DNA of 64,000 bases, from NCBI GenBank assembly GCA_038727135.1, contig JAVYWL010000001.1, positions 32,001 to 96,000 on the forward strand, given 5' to 3'. The notes under the pieces were generated by a model. The model ran no database searches. It was given only the letters and a program-made list of their open reading frames with translations, and was not told where the DNA came from. Source of the stretch: Candidatus Bathyarchaeia archaeon. GTDB lineage: Archaea; Thermoproteota; Bathyarchaeia; Bathyarchaeales; Bathycorpusculaceae. The position numbers were made by a program, and so were the translations under genes. Below, piece by piece: positions 17,450-27,178 of the stretch (the stretch's first letter is position 1; the number at the start of each line of letters is the position of its first letter).

Positions 17450-17854
17450 TCAGATACTATGTTTAGATTCGGCACTGAGAAATGCCAATATGGTACTTGT
17501 TACGGGCAATATGAACCCGACTGGTACCACAGGGGCTGTTGCGAGCTCAGGTTTAATTTTGCATAAAATAACAGGTAGCCCCAAAAATCCTCCAGTTAAT
17601 GCTCCCGCAGATACTAGCACTCCCCCCAACCTTGACTTTTGCAGCAAGACGAGAGTACCTCCAATAGTCATGAGTGATCCTCCTATATAGAGGAGAGGGT
17701 GTAAAAGAAAATATGCATAGTTTGTTGCATGCAAAGTTAAAACTCCGCTCGCAATTCCTAGCATAGCTGAAACCCAACGATAAAGGGTTTTTCTTTCCAC
17801 ATTTCTACGGTTAGTCTCTATTTTTTCTGGCGTATTCCATCCAGACAAGCTCAA
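17450..17854 (-). CDS. Hypothetical multi-pass membrane protein
   Basis: About four hydrophobic segments; start uncertain. Confidence 0.6.
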   Translation of the reverse strand: MSLSGWNTPEKIETNRRNVERKTLYRWVSAMLGIASGVLTLHATNYAYFLLHPLLYIGGSLMTIGGTLVLLQKSRLGGVLVSAGALTGGFLGLPVILCKIKPELATAPVVPVGFILPVTSTILAFLSAESKHSI

Positions 17855-17944
17855 AATCTCCAGAATAAACTGTGGAATCCATCTATTATTCCTTTCGAAT
17901 TTATATGCGCAGCTAAAAATTTGATGCGAAAGGGAAAAAGGTGA

Positions 17945-17970
17945 GGTTGGGTTTGGGGATTAAATTTTTA
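17945..17970 (+). repeat. Motif copy 4
   Basis: ggttgggtttggggattaaattttta; core identical to copy 3. Confidence 0.8.
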
Positions 17971-18021
17971 TGCAATAGCATTATAGCTTAACACGTGATG
18001 CACAAAGAACTTTAGTGTAAG

Positions 18022-18154
18022 AAAATCTAGAGGGGAGGGGATAGTCACTTTAGGCTGTTCTTCAAAGCCATTTTCGCAGTTGAAAATCTATAGAGGACTA
18101 GCGGCTATTGGCTTTGGAAAAAGCCAAAAAATGTATAGAGGGGTATCCAATTTA
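18022..18154 (+). repeat. Cluster of three AAAATCTA(T/G)AGAGGGG-like short repeats
   Basis: Copies at 18022, 18083 and 18124; the last matches the reverse complement of 36928-36958 at 29/31. Confidence 0.65.
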
Positions 18155-18181
18155 TGGTTTGGCGGAAGCCTAAATTTGACT

Positions 18182-20417
<2,236 letters not shown>

Positions 20418-20421
20418 AGGG

Positions 20422-21630
20422 CTAAGCCTCCGTTTTTAAAGGTTTTATTGGCGGTAAAGCCGCAACCCTCCTAACAAAGTCTTCGAGTTTTTTCTCAAAT
20501 TTTCCAGCATCCCTCGGGGAAGCCTCATAAAGCTCAAAACGCTCAATCAAGCCCATCTTCTTCAAAACATCCCTAAGAACAGCCATGTTTCTCTCCGCTG
20601 TGTCACGTCCCTCTTGAAGCTTGCAGTCATCAGCGGAACACACAACAGCCACAACTCCATCGAAGCCATTCCTCAAAGCATTAACAACATGAACAGGGTC
20701 AAGAGCCTTAAAACATGGAACCTCAAGCGTCACAGCATTCCGCTTGAAAAGAATGCCATTCGGATTGTCGAGAGCTAAGAACTCAGACCACTGACAACAG
20801 AAGACAAGGATTACTGGTGACTTGCCCTCAGCCTTTAACTTAATGGCTGAATCGACATAACGCTTCAAAACATTCTCAAATTCAAAACCCTTAACTTGGA
20901 TGGCGTGATGCGGACAGACCAAGGCGCAAGCGCCACAGCCCATACAGTAGTCGCTTAGGATTTTTGGCGTGGCAAAGGGCTCCGCCTCTATGGCGGTGTA
21001 TGGGCATATGAAAACACATTTGTCGCAGCCGACGCACTTCATGGTGTCATAAACAGCCTTCCGCGAATATTTAACAACCCGAACCACATCCTTGCTGAAG
21101 CCAAGCTCTTCAAGAACCCTTCTTCCGAGGAAAAGCCTCCTCGTATTGATTTTTGTGCCTTCTTTGAAGCGGCAAAACGAGTCCTCACACTGAATTGAAA
21201 CAACATTTTTAATGCCGGAACCCAAAACCCTGAATATGAATTCTGTTGGAACACGCCCAGAACACGGCAAACGCAGCGGAATATAATCCCTTATGCCTAA
21301 GCCCTGCCCAGCCAGAATTTCTTCAACTTCCCTTGTTGAAGGGGAGTTTCCACGACACATGAGCACAAGTGTTTCAGCCCCAGTTCTTTTCTGTTCTTTC
21401 TCAACGTAGCCCACCAAGCTTTCATAATCATAGTAAACTATTTCTATGGCGAAAACCGGACATGCGCTATAACATATGCCACAAACTTGACACTTCTGGA
21501 TGTCTATTTCCACCTTTCCAGTTTCAGCATCCCGCTTTATGGCTTCGTAGGGGCATATAGAATAACATATGGAACAGCGGCTACAGTAATCTTGGTTTAC
21601 GCTTACAACAACCGTTTGTTCCTCGCCCAT
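20422..21630 (-). CDS. Polyferredoxin with two MvhD-like domains
   Basis: Four CxxCxxCxxxCP motifs; LPCSGRV..QCEDSFC and FCCQWS..VPCFK..CSADDC MvhD-like segments; start ATG 21630. Confidence 0.8.
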   Translation of the reverse strand: MGEEQTVVVSVNQDYCSRCSICYSICPYEAIKRDAETGKVEIDIQKCQVCGICYSACPVFAIEIVYYDYESLVGYVEKEQKRTGAETLVLMCRGNSPSTREVEEILAGQGLGIRDYIPLRLPCSGRVPTEFIFRVLGSGIKNVVSIQCEDSFCRFKEGTKINTRRLFLGRRVLEELGFSKDVVRVVKYSRKAVYDTMKCVGCDKCVFICPYTAIEAEPFATPKILSDYCMGCGACALVCPHHAIQVKGFEFENVLKRYVDSAIKLKAEGKSPVILVFCCQWSEFLALDNPNGILFKRNAVTLEVPCFKALDPVHVVNALRNGFDGVVAVVCSADDCKLQEGRDTAERNMAVLRDVLKKMGLIERFELYEASPRDAGKFEKKLEDFVRRVAALPPIKPLKTEA

Positions 21631-21736
21631 TCTATCAGATCTCCAAATCACCGGCTTACTTTAACGCCATCAACGCCAGAAATTCTGAATGAAAGACCAT
21701 AGAATAATATAATATTTTTGGAGCAAAATTGACGCA

Positions 21737-22672
21737 TTATTGCTTGAAATAGTAGGGTCTGCGAATAAAACCATAAGCCTCTAGGGCAGCAGTTATTCCC
21801 TGCCCCACGGCAGTCCCAACTTGCTTTACCGGATGATTGGTAACATCGCCAGCCGCATAAACCCCAGGAAGGTTAGTTCTTTGACGAGAATCAACAATTA
21901 TGTAGCCATGCTCGTCCACAGCCACACCGGCTTCTCTAGCGAGTTGGCTGTTAGGCTTTTCGCCAACCTGAACAAAAATTCCATCCACTGAGAGTTCTGT
22001 GACGGTGCCTGTTTTGGCGTTAAAGAGCACAGCCTTGTTGACGAGCTTTTCGCCCTTAATCTCCCTCAATTCAGTGTTCCAAAAAACCTCAACATTAGGC
22101 TTTCCCAATAAAGCCCTAACACGCGCCTCCTCAGCCCTAAAAGCGTCCCTTCTATGCACAACCTTAACCTCCGAGGCTAAATCAGCCAGATAGAGGGCTG
22201 TAGCCACAGCAGAGTTGCCACCGCCAACCACTAGAACCCGTTTACCTTTGAAAAGGGGACCATCACAAATAGCACAATAGCTTACTCCTCTGCCCCGAAA
22301 TTCCTTTTCGCCTAGAACGCCAAGCTCAGTGAAGCTTGTGCCAGATGCAATGATAACAGCCTTAGCCCTATAGGAAGCTTTAACGGTTTCAACAATTTTA
22401 TCCTCGCCCTTCAAGTTTAGGCTTGTAACCTTTTCAAACTCTCGGATTTCTGTGCCAAGCTTCCTACATTGCGCCACAATTTTCTGCATAAGCTCAAGCC
22501 CGCTTATCCGCTCGAAACCAGGATAGTTCTCGATTATTGGGGCGTCAGCGGCTGTTCCACCAGCAATCTTCTCCTCCAAAATTAACGTTTTCAATCCGCT
22601 TCTAACAGCGTAAATTCCAGCCGTTAAGCCAGCGGCTCCAGCGCCAATTATTATTATTTCCCAGTCTTCCAT
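21737..22672 (-). CDS. trxB: Thioredoxin reductase
   Basis: GAGAAGLTA, IENYPGF, GVSYCAICDG, GGGNSA, HRRD, AAGDVT. Confidence 0.92.
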   Translation of the reverse strand: MEDWEIIIIGAGAAGLTAGIYAVRSGLKTLILEEKIAGGTAADAPIIENYPGFERISGLELMQKIVAQCRKLGTEIREFEKVTSLNLKGEDKIVETVKASYRAKAVIIASGTSFTELGVLGEKEFRGRGVSYCAICDGPLFKGKRVLVVGGGNSAVATALYLADLASEVKVVHRRDAFRAEEARVRALLGKPNVEVFWNTELREIKGEKLVNKAVLFNAKTGTVTELSVDGIFVQVGEKPNSQLAREAGVAVDEHGYIIVDSRQRTNLPGVYAAGDVTNHPVKQVGTAVGQGITAALEAYGFIRRPYYFKQ

Positions 22673-22728
22673 CCCCAACAGCCTCGACAAGGTATTTAGT
22701 GCACTCATCTTAATTGTTTTGTTACCCG

Positions 22729-22878
22729 TTAGTCTTCTTCAAGGTCCATGTCAAGCTCAGCGATTTCAAGTTCGTAGCATTCCGGGCAAAGCCCATCATA
22801 GGTCTCATATTCCTCTCGCGTTATTTCTCTGCCACAAAGCAGGCAATGGTAGGTTTCTTCTTCCTCATCTTCCTCCAT
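22729..22878 (-). CDS. 49-aa acidic zinc-finger microprotein (missed by ORF track)
   Basis: MEEDEEEETYHCLLCGREITREEYETYDGLCPECYELEIAELDMDLEED*; CxxC..CPxC. Confidence 0.65.
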   Translation of the reverse strand: MEEDEEEETYHCLLCGREITREEYETYDGLCPECYELEIAELDMDLEED

Positions 22879-22914
22879 TCATAAGCCTCAAAACTTTATA
22901 TGCACACATTTGTT

Positions 22915-24024
22915 TTATAAGGCGAACGCCAAAAGCTCAGCCACATCCATAACTTGGATTTTACCCTCATTACCAGTTGTTTTTACAGCGTCTTCCATTG
23001 TAAGCATGCAAAAAGGACAAGCCACAGCCAAGATTTCCGCGCCGACATCAACAGCCTCCTTAACGCGGACCTCAGCCAAGCGCGGTCCTGGAATGTCAAC
23101 CCACATTCTTCCCCCGCCTCCTTCACAGCATAGGCTTCTGCTTCTTGAACGGTCAAACTCCAAAAGTGTAACGCCTTTTATGCTTTCTACAACTTTGCGG
23201 GGTTCATCGTAAATGTTGTTTTGCTTGCCAAGATAGCATGGGTCATGATAAATCACTTTTTTGGCTACTTCTTTTGATGGGTTTAACTTTCCAGTTTCAA
23301 TAAGTCTTGCCAAAAGCTGTGTGTGATGCTGGGGCTCAAAGCTCGTCTGATTATACCTGTTCTTAAAGGCGTGAAAACCATGGGGGCAGCTTGTAACCAG
23401 CTGTTTAACGCCGTACTTGCCAAAAATTTTCATGTTTTCCTCAACTAGGAATTCAAAAAGCCCCTTCTCACCCATGCCGTAGACTTCGCTCCCACAACAG
23501 TTTTCCTCCTCGCCCAAAACTCCGAAGCTAAGTCCAGCAGCCTCAAAACATTTCACAAGGCTTCTTGCGACACTTTGCACTCGCGGGTCGTAGGCTGGTG
23601 TGCACCCAACATAATATAGGATTTCAGCCCCTTGTGACACGTGCTTAACGTTTAAGCCTTGACTCCACTCGGTGCGTTTTCCACGAATCCTCCCCCACGG
23701 ATTACCGTTTTTGAATATGCTTTCTAGGGCATCCCTTATGGTTGGGGCTATCTGACCCTCTTCAACAGCCAAACTTCTAATGTCTATTAGAAACTCGTAG
23801 GGGTTCAAGTCTTTAGGGCAGCGGACACCACAAGTTGAGCATGTCGTGCAACTCCACAACTCGTTGGGCGGATGTATCACCAGCTTGCCTAAAGCTGAAA
23901 CTTCACGCATGTAACGTCTAATGTTAAGGTTTGCCTTTTTGGCGACTGGACAGCTTCCAGTGCACATGCCACATTGAATGCACTCCAAAAGTTTGTGCTT
24001 CTGTACAAGCTCTTGAGGGTTCAT
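22915..24024 (-). CDS. HdrD/GlpC-like Fe-S oxidoreductase (2x[4Fe-4S] plus two CCG domains)
   Basis: CIQCGMCTGSCP, CTTCSTCGVRCP, YYVGC, NCCG, YHDPCYLG, CCEGGGG, ACPFC. Confidence 0.88.
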   Translation of the reverse strand: MNPQELVQKHKLLECIQCGMCTGSCPVAKKANLNIRRYMREVSALGKLVIHPPNELWSCTTCSTCGVRCPKDLNPYEFLIDIRSLAVEEGQIAPTIRDALESIFKNGNPWGRIRGKRTEWSQGLNVKHVSQGAEILYYVGCTPAYDPRVQSVARSLVKCFEAAGLSFGVLGEEENCCGSEVYGMGEKGLFEFLVEENMKIFGKYGVKQLVTSCPHGFHAFKNRYNQTSFEPQHHTQLLARLIETGKLNPSKEVAKKVIYHDPCYLGKQNNIYDEPRKVVESIKGVTLLEFDRSRSRSLCCEGGGGRMWVDIPGPRLAEVRVKEAVDVGAEILAVACPFCMLTMEDAVKTTGNEGKIQVMDVAELLAFAL

Positions 24025-24119
24025 TCTATGTCACTTTGCTGAAAGTTGAAGGATAAGATTTTAAAAGCATTTTCCCTTTTAAGGGTTTAAACAATCATAC
24101 AATTTGGAGAAATCAACCA

Positions 24120-26498
24120 ATGTCAGAGGAAAAGAAAGGGCAAGCGAAACCCCGCATAGGAATTTTCGTATGCGAATGCGGCGGCAACATCGGGGACGTT
24201 GTTGACGTAAAGGCTGTTGTTGAAGCTGTCAAAAACTGGGAAGACGTCACAGTAGCAAAATATCATAAGTATTTGTGTTCAAAGCCAGCCCAGGAAATGA
24301 TTGCAGAAGCCATAAAAAAGGAAAACCTTGACAGAGTTGTGGTGGCTTCATGCACACCTAGAATGCATCTCGCCACCTTCCAAAGCGTTTTGGAAAGAGC
24401 TGGACTAAACCCCTACATGCTTGAATTCGTTAACATAAGAGAGCAAGACTCATGGGTTCATGGGCCGAAACCAAATCCCGAAGCAACGAGAAAGGCCATA
24501 AGCCTAATTAGGGGAGGTTATGAGCGCAGCCTTGAACTTGAGCCTCTGGAAATGATAAGCGAGAAGGGCTCAAGGGAAATTCTCATAGTAGGCGGCGGCA
24601 TAGCTGGCATAATGGCTGCCCTCCAGCTTGGATATTTGGGCTATAGAGTTCACCTTGTTGAGCGCAAGCCAAGCATAGGAGGAAACATGGCTAAACTTAC
24701 AAAGGTTTTCCCCACGCTGGACTGTGCCCAGTGCATTTTAACGCCTCGAATGGCTGAGGTTGGAAGAAACCCCAATGTGAACTTGCTAACGTATGCTGAG
24801 GTGCAGGATGTTAGCGGGCGCCCCGGCAACTATACGGTTCGCATTTTCATGAAGCCTAGAGGCGTTGACGTTGAAAAGTGCAGAAGCTGTGGTGTATGCG
24901 CAAAAGTTTGCCCTGTCACGGTTCCGGACGAGTTTAATGAGGGCTTATCCCAGCGGAAAGCAGCCTACATAGAGTTTCCACAAGCCGTTCCATCCGCCTA
25001 TGCCATAGACTTTAAAGCATGCACAAAATGTGGAAAATGTGAACAGTACTGTCCGGCGAAAGCCATAAACTTGAATGATACTGGCAAAATTGTTGAGTTG
25101 AATGTCGGCGCCATAATTTTGGCGACTGGCTATAAGCTTTATGACGCAAGGAAACTGGAAAATTATGGCTATGGCGTTTACAAAGACGTCATAACAATGA
25201 TGGACTTAGAAAGGCTGACATCGGCAACTGGACCAACAGGCGGCTATGTTAAGAGGGCTGATGGAAGCGACGTCCGAAAAATCGCCATAGTTTTATGCGC
25301 GGGCTCGAGGGACAAGAACCACATCCCATACTGCAGCCGAATATGCTGCATGTACGCCCTCAAACAAGCCTTTGTCCTTAAGAAAATGCTGGGAATAGAC
25401 GTAACAGTCTACTATACAGACATTAGGGCGACTGGAAAAGGCTATGAAGACTTGTACTGGCGAGACCAAGAAGCCGGCGTAGTCTTCATCAGAGGAAAAG
25501 TAGCGGAAGTATGGAAAAACGACAATGGAAAGCTTGTGGTCCAAGCTGAAGACACGTTAACTGGAGAAACCAGAGAAGATGAATTTGACATGGTGGCTTT
25601 GGCAACACCAATGGTTCCGCCAGACGGCTTGAAGGAACTGGCTGAAAAAATGAAAGTAGCCATAGGCGAAGACGGTTTCATAACGGAAAAACATCCAAAA
25701 CTCGACCCGGTGGATTCGCTTGTCACAGGAATTTTCGCATGCGGATGCGCCCTAAGCCCCAAAGACGTGAGAGACACCGTTTCAGACGCCCTAGGCGCAG
25801 CGGCAAGGGCAGCCTTATTCCTAAAAAGCGAATACGTAACCACAAGCCCCGAAAAAGCGTTCGTCATCACAGAATTATGCAATGGATGCGGCGAATGTAT
25901 AAAAATTTGCCCAGTAAACGCAATAACAATGCAGAATGGAAAAGCGAAAATAGACCCATTCCAGTGCACTGGTTGTGGCGCATGCATCCCAATATGCCCA
26001 CAAGAAGCCATAGACTTCAAAAACTCAACAACAAGACAGATAGCAGCCACTATAAGAGGAGTTTTAGCCGACAAAACGCCAGAGGAGATCCGAATAATAG
26101 CTTTCGTCGACAAGAATGTCGGATATACTGGAATGGACTTCTTGGGGCTTGACCGCACAAACTACCCGGAGAACATTCGTATAATAGCTGTTCCAACAAC
26201 GGCAATTCTTGGCAAGAAACAAGTACTCATGGCATTTGCGTATGGAGCAGACGGCGTGTTGGTAATTGAGGGAGGCGAGGAAATAGATGAGAAATTTACC
26301 AAAAAACGCATGATAGAAATGGGCAAGGAGCTTGCGGCTTTCGGAATAGAAACGATGAGGCTCAGATACAGCTACGTTCCATTACCAGTTTATAAGAAAG
26401 CCGCAGAACTCTTTACAATGTTCACTGATAGAATCAAAAAGTTTGGACCATTGGCAGAAGAAAAACGCCAGAACATAAGGCAGAAACTGCAACTATAA
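24120..26498 (+). CDS. hdrA: HdrA paralogue with cysteine-less MvhD-like C-terminal domain
   Basis: VCECGGNI, YLCS, ASCTPR, GGGIAG, FPTLDCAQC, CAGSRD..YCSRICC, ferredoxins; C-term YPENIRIIAVP..AFAYGADGVLV. Confidence 0.92.
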   Translation: MSEEKKGQAKPRIGIFVCECGGNIGDVVDVKAVVEAVKNWEDVTVAKYHKYLCSKPAQEMIAEAIKKENLDRVVVASCTPRMHLATFQSVLERAGLNPYMLEFVNIREQDSWVHGPKPNPEATRKAISLIRGGYERSLELEPLEMISEKGSREILIVGGGIAGIMAALQLGYLGYRVHLVERKPSIGGNMAKLTKVFPTLDCAQCILTPRMAEVGRNPNVNLLTYAEVQDVSGRPGNYTVRIFMKPRGVDVEKCRSCGVCAKVCPVTVPDEFNEGLSQRKAAYIEFPQAVPSAYAIDFKACTKCGKCEQYCPAKAINLNDTGKIVELNVGAIILATGYKLYDARKLENYGYGVYKDVITMMDLERLTSATGPTGGYVKRADGSDVRKIAIVLCAGSRDKNHIPYCSRICCMYALKQAFVLKKMLGIDVTVYYTDIRATGKGYEDLYWRDQEAGVVFIRGKVAEVWKNDNGKLVVQAEDTLTGETREDEFDMVALATPMVPPDGLKELAEKMKVAIGEDGFITEKHPKLDPVDSLVTGIFACGCALSPKDVRDTVSDALGAAARAALFLKSEYVTTSPEKAFVITELCNGCGECIKICPVNAITMQNGKAKIDPFQCTGCGACIPICPQEAIDFKNSTTRQIAATIRGVLADKTPEEIRIIAFVDKNVGYTGMDFLGLDRTNYPENIRIIAVPTTAILGKKQVLMAFAYGADGVLVIEGGEEIDEKFTKKRMIEMGKELAAFGIETMRLRYSYVPLPVYKKAAELFTMFTDRIKKFGPLAEEKRQNIRQKLQL

Positions 26499-26578
26499 AG
26501 GTTAAATTCTCAGTTACGCTCATTCTTAACAACAACGATTAAAAGCACAAAACCCTATAATTTAGTATTGAGCATGAT

Positions 26579-26995
26579 ATGGGTGAAAAAGCCAAAAAAG
26601 TAAATCTCTTAAAACCTTTTGACGCAAATAAAATCTCAATTGAAAAAGATCGCTACTTCCACGACGCATACATAGTGGACTTACCATTAGAAGACATTCC
26701 GGACCATGTTTGGCAAGACATTTTCGAAAGAGAGTGGAAATTAAGCAGACACTTATGGGATAGAAAACTCTTCATTATAGGCAACAAGATAAGACTCATA
26801 ACAACGGAAGACGACTTCAAGGAAAAACTTGATTGGGTCGAACACGTTATAAACCAGACTAACAAAGCCGTAGACGAATATAACCGCAGCATAGAAGTCG
26901 CCAAAGAACTGGAAACTAAAAGAACCATGTGGGAGGAGAGAGCAACAATTGAGAGATTACGAGAAATATTAACTAGAAAATTCAGCCAAGTCTAA
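26579..26995 (+). CDS. Hypothetical protein
   Basis: 138-aa ORF with ATG start, charged/coiled-coil C-terminus. Confidence 0.65.
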   Translation: MGEKAKKVNLLKPFDANKISIEKDRYFHDAYIVDLPLEDIPDHVWQDIFEREWKLSRHLWDRKLFIIGNKIRLITTEDDFKEKLDWVEHVINQTNKAVDEYNRSIEVAKELETKRTMWEERATIERLREILTRKFSQV

Positions 26996-27178
26996 ATAGA
27001 AAAGAAAAAACAGTCACTAAAAATTTAAAGGTTAGATTAAACCATCTTCACGTCTACTAAAAAGTAGTAAAAGTTTAATTTGAGTTCTGCACTTGTTTTG
27101 TCGGTGTAAACATGAGGGATTATGTTCTCTCGTGAAGACAAAACCTTTAATATCCCTCAAAACAGCTCAGAGAGTTTT

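Noticed and set aside
17418-17690. Plus-strand 90-aa ORF beginning MGLGIKF
   Set aside because: Starts inside the repeat motif and is antisense to a more plausible membrane-protein gene.
25442-26158. 238-aa minus-strand ORF
   Set aside because: Antisense to hdrA with no recognisable motifs.
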